64,000 nucleotides of DNA from a virus: positions 96,001 through 160,000 of the IMG/VR virus record IMGVR_UViG_3300045912_000789; one strand, 5' to 3'. Position numbers and translations under genes: made by a program. Below the pieces are notes generated by a model that was not told the origin of the DNA, searched no databases, and saw only the letters and a list, made by a program, of their open reading frames with translations. Below, in pieces: positions 30,201 to 38,304 of the stretch (its first letter is position 1; each line of letters starts with the position of its first letter).

Positions 30201-30325
30201 TGCTGAAGAGCTTCGAGGTCAACGCCATCCGGCAGTCGGCCTCCGCGCCCGACACGCTGGAGATCGACGTCACCGTCGGGGTGCTCTACCCGCTCAACTA
30301 CATCAAGATCACCCTGGTGATCTGA
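27221..30325 (+). CDS. Tail sheath protein (1034 aa, with insertion domains)
   Basis: N-terminal RPSVQVIQE. C-terminal HQLTTD...ETSITRALDFTAK...IDVTVGVLYPLNYIKITLVI is typical of contractile sheaths. Confidence 0.85.
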   Translation: MASPTIERPSVQVIQEFRTVSPTILVPTMPACVMGPCVQVVEAVQDDGSLNPEARIALPARIPFAFVSSPFEYAAIGTDALEVSVNNAAAEQVVFPTGPNLTVDQVADAINEEAIPGLLAVVETSGTQKRVVIYTTVTGENASLEIGAGTHADVIAAFGITRGYRNVGASGYNNYWALRLGKPDYPDPRDIIDEVTIDFDTVRLFINDGSGTVREALRTESFLDGATAAVTVQDDGDGDNLSPYLNFAGAVFHDKPAQLVGTVDWTTLTYPGDFGVLTLEIIINGVTVVVTFANPADATAAALAINTALGVNGTCVLNGSNQPVITSAITGAGSSVEIGAAGTINEATIGLAVGSYAAGRPSRARAQGITDLTAVVYASDVQGRVLRMSVDGEQFQQLVMPVTVVSAATLVSAINALWGNIASLNGANRLVLRSLATFGGRESEIRVDKTASDATLLTAIGLTGVSAPFQTVSVVYGNAFSPLVGDEVWVNGVRVGEITEVPATPDNRLRLSAEQLLTYTGSSWMIVAKGLDNSAATATRPSSDLRVDVTSGAVRTKHNLFRESNGTPTNVGPLATYLAYNALRKDVSPAGTDFNLLRFGTTTDLEAALAPLDTQNPLGLGMYFALLNAPGVEVTGLGVDETSDTEPEGSLASYVRAFEYLESKDVYGIAPLTHANAVGQVGQVHVDELSKPENGLERIVILNPSRPTRKADTLVASAATANVAGPPTNVVNTGIADLQAKLAALGKPGPTYVEADGVYLKFEDDENLYLIESVSGPNATVNDGPLSASNTLFKDGGGSPLFTTAIVDRPVSVFILGGSLGSRTDEADAYAAIARGYLDRRVICTAPDTAKASIDGLETQLAGYYLAAALAGKMSAVSPSQPLTNETLAGFTGVIGSQDRYSEMQLKILSGGGLWVFYQEADGQPVKTRHQLTTDMTSIEKRETSITRALDFTAKFIRAGLKNFIGRFNITQNVQDAISIVIDGLAAFLIRQGVLKSFEVNAIRQSASAPDTLEIDVTVGVLYPLNYIKITLVI

Positions 30326-30333
30326 GGTACGCC

Positions 30334-30633
30334 ATGCCCGAGTTCCGCTACGACAACGTCGCGCGCGCCTTCGACGAGGAGCTGGAGAAGGAGATGCTCC
30401 AGCACTCGTCAGAGAAGGCGGCGAAGCACCAGCCGGAGCCCGAGTCGGGCATCCAGCGCATCGCCAAGGGCAAGACCCCGCTCGACGAGGTCAAGGCCAT
30501 CATCGACGCCTCGCGCTCCAAGAGCGCCGCGCAAGAGGTCGCGGAGCATCGGGTTCGCGGGAAGCTCGCCGCTCTCCGCGACGGGCCGCGGGAGCAGGTC
30601 GAGCAGTTCATCAACCTCGCGAAGAACGGCTGA
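30334..30633 (+). CDS. Small K-x-A-motif protein
   Basis: MPEFRYDNVARAFDEELEKEM...SKSAA...GKLAA. Confidence 0.6.
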   Translation: MPEFRYDNVARAFDEELEKEMLQHSSEKAAKHQPEPESGIQRIAKGKTPLDEVKAIIDASRSKSAAQEVAEHRVRGKLAALRDGPREQVEQFINLAKNG

Positions 30634-30658
30634 CAGGTAGCCGGAACAGGAGATCAGC

Positions 30659-31366
30659 ATGGCCAGCTACGACAACTGGAAGCCGTACGAGGGCTACGTC
30701 CAGAGCGGGGGCGAAGGCCCCGGGATGGTGGACGGGCAGTTCCTCAGCGGCGCGTTCATGGGCATCTTCGCCGGTCCGCCGCGTCTCGCGTCGGTCGGCG
30801 GCGCGCTCACGCTCGGGGCGGCGCTCTCCTCGCCGGCGACGGCGAGCCAGATCGTCTACCCGGTCGGCATCACGCAGAACATGAACCTCAGCCACAACCG
30901 GCAGTTCAGCCGGATCTTCGAGCTGGGGTCGGAGCGCAGCTACTTCATCTCGGGCCGCACCATCGGTCAGCTCGGGCTGTCGCGCGTGCTCTACCACGGG
31001 CCGAGCATCCTCCGGACGCTCTACGCCTACTACCAGGACCTCGTGCCGAACACGCTGGTGCCGAGCGTGTTCCCGAACGTCGGCGCCGGCGCGATGCCGA
31101 ACCCGCACGACGTCGTGATCCCGCCGGGCTACGAGAACTTCTACGCCAACCTGGCGTCGGACCTGTTCTCGCAGCCGATCGGTCTGCTCGTGGTGCTCAA
31201 GGACTCGAACCTCGACACCTACGGCGCGTTCTACCTGGAGTCCTGCTACATCCCGAACCACACGTTCGCGACGGATGCGCAGGGCGTGATCATCCAGGAG
31301 TCGGTCGCGGTGCAGTTCGAGCTGCTGATCCCCATCGCGACGCGGAGCATCGAGCTGATCACCTGA
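30659..31366 (+). CDS. Tail tube protein (putative)
   Basis: Follows the sheath gene; VGITQNMNLSHNRQFSRIFELGS, YLESCYI and IIQESVAVQFE are tube-like. Confidence 0.7.
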   Translation: MASYDNWKPYEGYVQSGGEGPGMVDGQFLSGAFMGIFAGPPRLASVGGALTLGAALSSPATASQIVYPVGITQNMNLSHNRQFSRIFELGSERSYFISGRTIGQLGLSRVLYHGPSILRTLYAYYQDLVPNTLVPSVFPNVGAGAMPNPHDVVIPPGYENFYANLASDLFSQPIGLLVVLKDSNLDTYGAFYLESCYIPNHTFATDAQGVIIQESVAVQFELLIPIATRSIELIT

Positions 31367-31387
31367 ACGGGTGCAAGAGAACGAACC

Positions 31388-31419
31388 AGAGCCCCGGGCG
31401 CTTCGGCACCCGGGGCTCT
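31388..31419. terminator. Bidirectional terminator hairpin
   Basis: AGAGCCCCGGG / CCCGGGGCTCT perfect 11-bp stem between convergent operons. Confidence 0.75.
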
Positions 31420-31468
31420 CGTCGTTCTAGGGGCATGACCACCCCTTACGAGGTGGGCCTGCCCGTCG

Positions 31469-31879
31469 TCAGGACTCCAGCTCGGCGATCCGCTTCTTCA
31501 GCTCCCGCTCCGACAGCTCGGAGAGCTTGCCGTCCTGCTTCTCGGCGAGGATCTGGAGGAGCTTCTCCTTCTCCTTCTTGTTCTCCGCGCGCCGCTTCGC
31601 GTCGGCCTCGTCGGCGAGCTTGACCTCGATGACGCGCTTGACGGTCTCCAGCGCCATCTCCAGCCGGACGTGGGCCGGGGTCTTGGCCGTCGACACGAAG
31701 CTCTCCTCGGTCGCGTCCTTGAACGCCTTGTTGGCGCTCTTCGCGATCGCGTCGAGGTTGAAGCTGTCGTTCGAGCGCAGCGGGACATCCCAGAGCTGTT
31801 CGACGTTCAGCTCTCCCTTCGCCGAGGCGAAGCGGAGCTTGTTGCGGGTGGCGTACTCGAAGAGGTTGATGTTGCTCAC
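31469..31879 (-). CDS. Phage hypothetical protein (coiled coil)
   Basis: RBS AAGGAG; LFEYATRNKLRF...EQLWDVPL. Confidence 0.7.
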   Translation of the reverse strand: MSNINLFEYATRNKLRFASAKGELNVEQLWDVPLRSNDSFNLDAIAKSANKAFKDATEESFVSTAKTPAHVRLEMALETVKRVIEVKLADEADAKRRAENKKEKEKLLQILAEKQDGKLSELSERELKKRIAELES

Positions 31880-31904
31880 GATCTGTCTCCTTGTGTGTTG
31901 ATGA

Positions 31905-33989
31905 TCAGGTGCCGACGTGGACGTTGAAGATGCGCTGCTTCTTGCCCTGCTGGGCGCGGACGAGGAACGTGTCCTTCTTGGTCGACGAGAAGCCCAGGCC
32001 GGCCAGATGCCCGTCCGTGGGTCGGCACTTGGTCTTGTCGCCGATGATCTCGAACACCTTCCGGTGCTCTTCGAGCCGCGGGTGGAGGAACTCGTTGTAG
32101 AACCCGCGCATGTCTTCGTCGCTCTTCGCCCCCTCCAGGACGAAGAAGGTGTGCTTGTTCCCCACGGCGTTGTCGCCCCAGTAGTTCGGGCTGAGCATCA
32201 CCGTGTTGACCTTCACGTACCGCTCGGTCGTCAGGCCCCACTTCTCCTGCGAGATGTTGGCGGACGTGATGCCGGGATCGCCGGCCTCGACGCGCTCCAC
32301 GACGCCGTTCTTCAGGTACAGCGTCACGACCGCGACGTCCTGTCGATTGCGGACCTGCTTGTTGTATGAGTAGTGCGTGAGCTTCCCCGCGTTCTCCACC
32401 TCGATGACGAACCCGGGGTTGTTGCTCTCGCGCTGGTTGTAGTTGTTCACGACGACCCGGTACGCGCCATCCGGCGGCTTGGCGGACCACACCACGTTCT
32501 CGACCGGCTCTCTCGTCTGGCCGCTGCCAGCGTTCATGTCGACGTCGAGCACGCCGCCGGTCCAGCCGCGCTTGTTCCCGAAGAAGATGTGCTCGTGCAG
32601 GCCTCGCACCCCGCGACCCGCCGGCTCGTGGATGTGGATGTCCAGGTCGTCGTAGTTGAACCACGACAGCGAGACACGAAGGAGCGCGCTGTCGACCTTG
32701 CCGCCGGCCTTCTTCACGCGCTCCTTGATCGAGTCGGCGACGTTGCCACCGTAGGACCACGCGAAGTCGTTGCTCCAGCGGAAGAGCTGCTTGGGCTCCG
32801 GGTGCACCGGCGCCGTCAGAGCCATGAGGTTGCCGAGGTGCCGACCGGTGAAGAAGACCTCCATCGCCTGCGTCTCGGGGAGGACGCGGGTCATGAAGTC
32901 CTCGATCGAGATGTCCTCGGCGCGCTCCTCGTCCTTCGCGCTGCTCTGCTTCGTCTGGGCATGCTTCATGAGCACGTCGCCGATGCCGCCCTTCATCAGA
33001 GGCCGGGCGGCGCCGTCGACCCACAGCACGTCCTTCACCGACACGTCGCTCATGACGGCGAACCGGCGCTCCAGAGCGGGCTCCAGGCCCAGCGTCTCGA
33101 TCGTTTCCATCGCCTTCTTCACCATGCCGGGCGTGATGAGGGCGGTGGTCCGCTTGTAGTTCTGCGGGGCGACCTTCGTCTCGAAGCTGCGCACCGCACG
33201 CTCGATGTCCTGGCCCTCGGAGAGATCCTGGACGAGGGTGCCGATGACGGTGTTGCGGAACCGAGCAGCCGGGCTACCTGCGTTCGACCAGACGAAGAGG
33301 GAACGCTCGGCCGGCGAGAGATCGGTCGCCTGGTAGCGTCGCTGCATCTTCTGGAACTCGACGACCGCTCGCTTGTGCTCCTCGCCGCGGTAGAGGCTGT
33401 TGCTCTCGATGAGCGAGAGCACCGTCTCGACGGCACCGTAGGAGAGCTCGACGAGCCCTCGCTCGAAGACCTGGACCGTCGTCCGGTAGTTGCCGCGATC
33501 GGTGTCTGGCAGGGCGGAGCGGAAGCCACGGGGGATCTCGCCCGTGTAGAAGTGATCCCAGGTCAGCGCCTTCTGCGACTCCTTGTCGAGCGAGCGGGTC
33601 TGCTGCGCTCCGAACTGCGTCTCGTTCTTCCCGACTCGGAAGATGTCGCGGATGCCTGCCGAGATCACGGCCTGCCGAAGCTCAGTCGCGACGATGCTGT
33701 ACGGACCAGGCGCGCTCTCCGCGGCGCGGTCCCAGATGGTGATCACCTTCCCGTTCGAGATGGTGATCACGCTGCCGGCTCGGCGGATGAACTGCTTGCA
33801 GCACGAGCAGTCGTGCTCGGTGCGCTTCTTGAAGATCGGGTTGGTTCCTTCGGGGAAAGAGCTGAGGTACTTCGACCAGAGATCGTCCCCGTCCAGGTTG
33901 GCGACGAAGACGGCGTTGATCTCGCCGTCCTTCGTGATGCGCTGGAAAGTGTCGGCGACGACGCGGGCGAACGCGGGGAAGTGGTTCAT
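31905..33989 (-). CDS. Large phage protein with N-terminal HDCSCC motif and C-terminal YfaP/DUF2135-like domain
   Basis: SLSWFNYDDLDIH...GGVLDVDMNAG...PVENVVW; RBS AAGGA. Confidence 0.7.
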   Translation of the reverse strand: MNHFPAFARVVADTFQRITKDGEINAVFVANLDGDDLWSKYLSSFPEGTNPIFKKRTEHDCSCCKQFIRRAGSVITISNGKVITIWDRAAESAPGPYSIVATELRQAVISAGIRDIFRVGKNETQFGAQQTRSLDKESQKALTWDHFYTGEIPRGFRSALPDTDRGNYRTTVQVFERGLVELSYGAVETVLSLIESNSLYRGEEHKRAVVEFQKMQRRYQATDLSPAERSLFVWSNAGSPAARFRNTVIGTLVQDLSEGQDIERAVRSFETKVAPQNYKRTTALITPGMVKKAMETIETLGLEPALERRFAVMSDVSVKDVLWVDGAARPLMKGGIGDVLMKHAQTKQSSAKDEERAEDISIEDFMTRVLPETQAMEVFFTGRHLGNLMALTAPVHPEPKQLFRWSNDFAWSYGGNVADSIKERVKKAGGKVDSALLRVSLSWFNYDDLDIHIHEPAGRGVRGLHEHIFFGNKRGWTGGVLDVDMNAGSGQTREPVENVVWSAKPPDGAYRVVVNNYNQRESNNPGFVIEVENAGKLTHYSYNKQVRNRQDVAVVTLYLKNGVVERVEAGDPGITSANISQEKWGLTTERYVKVNTVMLSPNYWGDNAVGNKHTFFVLEGAKSDEDMRGFYNEFLHPRLEEHRKVFEIIGDKTKCRPTDGHLAGLGFSSTKKDTFLVRAQQGKKQRIFNVHVGT

Positions 33990-34086
33990 GTGGGTCCTTC
34001 TGTGTTCGGTGTGTTCGGTGGAACCTTTACATGAGCTGATAGGAGAGATCGTGAATGACTCCGCGCCGATCACTGGACAAACGAAA

Positions 34087-34115
34087 GCCCCGGGACGACG
34101 TCGCCGTCCCGGGGC
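34087..34115 (-). terminator. Hairpin terminator
   Basis: GCCCCGGGACG / CGTCCCGGGGC. Confidence 0.6.
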
Positions 34116-34156
34116 CTGCGCCTTACTGGCAGAGGCAGTAGCGCACGTCTGAGGCG

Positions 34157-34357
34157 CTACGCCGCGGCCCTCTTCGAGGACCGACTCGCCTTGGTCCTCT
34201 CGCGCTTCTCCTTCCTGCGCCACTTCCGCAGGGACGCCAGCCGGTTGTAGCCCGCCTCGATGAGGCGGTCGGTTGCCTCGGGGATGGTCAGACCCTCGCG
34301 GTTGGCCAGCTCGGCGACGTGGATGGTGGCTTCGTTCGAGACGCGGACGGTCTGCAT
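34157..34357 (-). CDS. Ribbon-helix-helix DNA-binding protein
   Basis: MQTVRVSNEATIHVAELANREGLTIPEATDRLI fits the RHH pattern. Confidence 0.55.
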   Translation of the reverse strand: MQTVRVSNEATIHVAELANREGLTIPEATDRLIEAGYNRLASLRKWRRKEKRERTKASRSSKRAAA

Positions 34358-34486
34358 ACGGATTCTCCTGTGCCTGGGTGCGGTGTGGGCTGTCGCCCGG
34401 TGTGGTCCGCGCAGGAGCAGGCCGCATGCCAGCAAAAAGAACACGGCCAGAGGAGACCCGCGAGGGCCTCCCCGGACCGTGGAGGA

Positions 34487-35050
34487 TCAGCGGACGTAGC
34501 CGCGCTCGGCGATCATCTTGCCGGCGCGCAGCAGGCCCTCGTCCGAGCCGACGTCGGGGTTCAGGCCGGTGACGTACCGGTTGAACATCGAGAAGGCCGA
34601 GGCGATCAGCGCGGCGTCGTGGACCTCCTGGTCGGTCAGGCCCTCCGGGCGCTCGACGAGCGCGTGGTTGCCGATGTTGTAGGCGATCGACATCAGGCTG
34701 ACGTCGCGCTTGCTCATCGGGAAGCTCATGGTCGCCAGCTCCTCGATCGGCCTGGCGTTCACGAACCCGCCGAGGAAACTGCTCGCCGCCCCGAAGGCGA
34801 AGAAGACGTCCTCGAAGCCCACCTTGCCGTCGAGCGCGACGAGCACGGCGGCGTGCGACTTCGCGCAGAACTCGCAGCCGTTGAACATCGAGACCGTGAC
34901 CGCGATCAGCTCGCGCTCACGGCGGCTGAGCGAACCGGGCTCGACCATGAGGAACTGCGCCAGCTCGCGCAGGCGCCGGCCGGACTCCGGGTAGGTCTCC
35001 AGGAGACCGATGATGCCGGGGAGGTTGTCGTTGATGTGGATCTTGCTCAT
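34487..35050 (-). CDS. AhpD/carboxymuconolactone decarboxylase family peroxidase
   Basis: LSRRERELIAVTVSMFNGCEFCAKSH (CxxCxxxH); FSMFNRYV. Confidence 0.85.
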   Translation of the reverse strand: MSKIHINDNLPGIIGLLETYPESGRRLRELAQFLMVEPGSLSRRERELIAVTVSMFNGCEFCAKSHAAVLVALDGKVGFEDVFFAFGAASSFLGGFVNARPIEELATMSFPMSKRDVSLMSIAYNIGNHALVERPEGLTDQEVHDAALIASAFSMFNRYVTGLNPDVGSDEGLLRAGKMIAERGYVR

Positions 35051-35117
35051 GTGTTCTCCTCGGACGATCGTTGGTGATCGCCTCTTCACATGCTCATAGG
35101 GGCAAACGAAGGGCGGT

Positions 35118-35147
35118 TGCCTGGGGAGGCCGCAGCCTCCCCAGGCA
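35118..35147 (-). terminator. Hairpin terminator
   Basis: TGCCTGGGGAGGC / GCCTCCCCAGGCA 13-bp stem. Confidence 0.65.
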
Positions 35148-35152
35148 CCTGG

Positions 35153-35816
35153 TCAGCAGCCGAAGCGGCCGGTGCGGTTGTACTCGTTGTAGTGAGTCGG
35201 GTGGCCCACGCCGTTCCGCTTCGCCTGCTCGATGGTGTCGACGTGCACGCGGAGCGGCGCCTTCGTGCGCATCACGCAGGCGCGCCGCGCGAGGCCCTCG
35301 ATGGGCTGCGTGGGATCGTGGACGACCTCGCAGGGGCCGAGGATCTCCACGTGCCGGGAGACGAGCACCGCGCTCTTCTCCCAGTCGCCGTACTCGACGC
35401 TGGAGCGGTCCATGCGCAGGAGACGCGCGTCGCTGATCTTGCCGCTCTCCGGGATCTCGTAGATCTCGATCAGCGGCCAGTAGTTCTTGATCTCGCGGAG
35501 CTTCGAGTTCTCCTGGACCGTCTGCCCGCTCACCGCGATGGCGCGGTGCGCGGACGGCAGGACGATCACCTCGGTCTCGTACAGCTCGGGCAGCTTGGGC
35601 CGGGGCCACGCCGCGAAGAGCTTGTCGAGCAGCGCGAGCCGGTCGCCGTAGCTCAGCTCGCGGTTCCCGTTGAGCTTCCGGATCTCGGCGTCGAGCTGGG
35701 GACCGGAGAGGACGATCTCGGTCTTCGTATCGGGCTTCACCAACGACGCGCCCTTCTTGGCGCGGCTTGCTGGTCTTCGTCTTGGTCGTGCGGGACACGG
35801 TCTGGGTCGTGGTCAT
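35153..35816 (-). CDS. Hypothetical protein with apparent frameshift near 35762
   Basis: RBS GAGGAG and ATG at 35816 are in one frame; the coding-like body (35153-35761) is in another. Confidence 0.55.
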
Positions 35817-35911
35817 GTTGCTCTCCTCGTTCGACGAGTCCATCTCGCCGATCAAGAGCTGATAGGGATCCGCTTTCCCAGTTCGCGGCCTCTGGGCTAT
35901 ACTCGCGGGCG

Positions 35912-37702
35912 ATGGCTGCCCACAAGCTCCAAGGCCGGATGAAGCTCTACGGGTTCGAGATCTCGATCGAGAACGCGAAGGGCTCCGTGCGTCGGTGGTA
36001 CGACCCTCACGGCAAGGAGAAGGGCCACACCAAGATGCACTTCGACTACGGGTACATCCGTGGGACGAAGGGCACCGACGGTGATCACGTCGACGTCTAC
36101 GTCGGGCCAAACCCGGAGTCCGATCGAGTCTTCATCGTGAACCAGATGAAGAAGCCACCGGTCGACACCGACGGCGCGTGGACGCGCTTCGACGAGCAGA
36201 AGGTGATGCTGGCGTTCAAGGACGCCGCCGCGGCCAAGGCCGCCTACCTCAAGCAGTACGACGATCCGCGCTTCTTCGGCGGGATGAAGGAGATGTCCGT
36301 GGACGACTTCAAGACGAAGGTCATGGCTCGCGAGAACCACGGCAAGAAAATCGCGCAGGACGCCGCCCGGCTTGGACGGCTCTACGCGGAGCTGAACCTG
36401 GCACGCCTCGCCGGCGACGAGCCCATCGTGATGCCGAAGCTCGCCAAGAGCGAGCTGCTGGGAGAGGGGACGCCTGGTATCAGCACGCTGCCGGCGATCA
36501 CCAACTACGCTCAGGCCACGATGTCGAAGCAGGAGCGCAAGGAGGCCGACCGCGAGATGAAGACGTCGGGTCTCTCCCACACCCACGAGACGACCCGCGG
36601 GCTTTCCAGGAAGGCGATCACCGAAGGCAAGCGCGTCGAGGCCGAGCACACCGACGACCCCAACACGGCGCGCCAGATCGCGATCGATCATCTCCACGAA
36701 GACCCGCAATACTACGAGAAGCTGAAGAAGGTGGAGAAGCACGCGGCCGACGACCGGGTGAGCCGCATCGCCGATCGGGTCGACGACGTCGGTCTGGCGA
36801 TGCTCGGGGCTCCGAGCGCAGCGTACCTGACCGGCAGCGTGCTGAAGCGGCTGCCCAGCGCGAAGGCGCGCGCAGCGGGCGTCGGTCTCCAGCACGGGGT
36901 GGAGAAGCTCCGCGCCGGTGTCCACCACGGCGTCGAGGCCGCCGGGCTCGCGCTCGTCTCGCCGACCGTCTCGCATGCCATCGCGAGGAAGATCGACGAG
37001 AAGACGAAGAAGGCCAACGGCGACATGGCCCAGTACTTCATGGACCACCCGGAGAAGCTCAAGGAGAAGCAGGAGCGAGACCGGGCGAAGAAGGCCGAGC
37101 TGGAGAAGATCGCCCAGAGCATCTTCTCCGACTACGAGTACAAGACCGAGAGCGAGAAGACCGCGATCATCGCGATGCTCGGTCGGATGGGCGGGCTCGC
37201 CAGCCGGGCGGGCAAGGCGGTGTCCGGTGGGGCTCGGGCGGCGACCGCCGCGGCGGGGCAGGCCGCCGGACGCGCCAGCTCGGGGCTCAGCTCGGCCGTC
37301 GCCCGCGCCGGCGACAAGCTCAAGGGCGGGTTCATCGCCGGCGAGCGCGGCGTCAGCCAGGCCGTCGGGGAGCGTGCAGCGCGCATGGCGCGGACCCCCG
37401 GCTCGGCCATCTCGAAGGTCCCGGCGGTGACCCCGCCAGCCAGCGTGGCCAAGGGGGGCGTCCCGACCCCCGTCCCGACCACCACGGCGGCTCCTGCGGC
37501 CTCCGCAGCGGCTCCGAGGGGGTCGGGGAAGTGGAACCCCCTGAGCGCTCGAAACCTCGTCCTGGCCGGCGGTGGCGCCGCGCTGGGGCTCGGGGCGTAC
37601 GGTGGCTACAAGGGGATCCAGACGGCCTCGAACCTGCTCCAGACGCACCACGAGGCGCCGCTGGCGCCCCCGGGGTTCGCCGGTACCGGGCGGGTGTTCT
37701 AG
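35912..37702 (+). CDS. Modular protein: InPase-like (inorganic pyrophosphatase-like) domain, DUF5661-like domain and Ala/Gly-rich helices
   Basis: ISIENAKGSVR...DYGYIRGTKGTDGDHVDVYVGP...FDEQKVML; GKRVEAEHTDD...IAIDHLHEDPQYYEKL. Confidence 0.75.
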   Translation: MAAHKLQGRMKLYGFEISIENAKGSVRRWYDPHGKEKGHTKMHFDYGYIRGTKGTDGDHVDVYVGPNPESDRVFIVNQMKKPPVDTDGAWTRFDEQKVMLAFKDAAAAKAAYLKQYDDPRFFGGMKEMSVDDFKTKVMARENHGKKIAQDAARLGRLYAELNLARLAGDEPIVMPKLAKSELLGEGTPGISTLPAITNYAQATMSKQERKEADREMKTSGLSHTHETTRGLSRKAITEGKRVEAEHTDDPNTARQIAIDHLHEDPQYYEKLKKVEKHAADDRVSRIADRVDDVGLAMLGAPSAAYLTGSVLKRLPSAKARAAGVGLQHGVEKLRAGVHHGVEAAGLALVSPTVSHAIARKIDEKTKKANGDMAQYFMDHPEKLKEKQERDRAKKAELEKIAQSIFSDYEYKTESEKTAIIAMLGRMGGLASRAGKAVSGGARAATAAAGQAAGRASSGLSSAVARAGDKLKGGFIAGERGVSQAVGERAARMARTPGSAISKVPAVTPPASVAKGGVPTPVPTTTAAPAASAAAPRGSGKWNPLSARNLVLAGGGAALGLGAYGGYKGIQTASNLLQTHHEAPLAPPGFAGTGRVF

Positions 37703-37750
37703 GCGGGGCGGGGCGGCCCCGAACGGGACGAGGGCCTCCACGCCTCGCTG

Positions 37751-38080
37751 CTATAGCTGAACCGGTCGGCGAAGCTCGGGCAGCCCCAGCTCCTCATCCG
37801 TGATCGGATCTCCCAGCTCGTACCTCTCGATGAAGAGATTGACGAGCGGAGTCCACTGACCGGCTATCGTGGTGGTAGGCGAGATCACTCCGATGACGCC
37901 GAGTATGTCGGAGAGAGCGATCGACGCGTCTACACGTTCGGACTCGTTCTCCTTCGAGAAGATGTAGTTCGAGCCCCACAGGCCGGATGCTGTAGCAACC
38001 AAGAAAACGAGATGATCGCGGAACCCCGCCTGGCGCAGGTACTCGGCCTGCACCAGACGGGGCTCGAACTGATCACTCAC
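37751..38080 (-). CDS. Hypothetical protein
   Basis: ORF coupled to the upstream gene (GTGA). Confidence 0.5.
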   Translation of the reverse strand: MSDQFEPRLVQAEYLRQAGFRDHLVFLVATASGLWGSNYIFSKENESERVDASIALSDILGVIGVISPTTTIAGQWTPLVNLFIERYELGDPITDEELGLPELRRPVQL

Positions 38081-38304
38081 CAGCGCTCCATCCAGCGGAG
38101 GAGGGACTGGTCGGCGATGAGCGCAGCGCGAGTCGCGAGCGCCTCGGCGGTTCCGGCTTCGATGAGGCCGCCCGGCTTGCCACTGCTCGGGCGGACCTGC
38201 AACAGCAGAACCAGGGCGGTGTCGTAGCAGCGCTCCCAGTGGGCGCGCGCCTCGAACCGCTTGCTCTCGTCGAGGGCCTCGACCCTCTTCTTCACGGTCG
38301 TCAT
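38077..38304 (-). CDS. Hypothetical protein
   Basis: ATGA overlap; MTTVKKRVEALDESK. Confidence 0.5.
   Translation of the reverse strand: MTTVKKRVEALDESKRFEARAHWERCYDTALVLLLQVRPSSGKPGGLIEAGTAEALATRAALIADQSLLRWMERW

Noticed and set aside
531-30633. Very long overlapping and antisense ORFs (e.g. 531-2813, 17822-19825, 26485-30633, 27752-30010)
   Set aside because: R/G/P/H-rich shadow frames caused by high GC3 in the real genes; no motifs or RBS.
27221-31366. Contractile injection system (eCIS/T6SS/tailocin) instead of a phage
   Set aside because: Terminase, prohead protease and capsid genes are in the same module.
37751-37757. CTATAGC as another promoter copy
   Set aside because: Spacing differs from CTATNAG, it coincides with a stop codon between convergent genes, and no start lies downstream.
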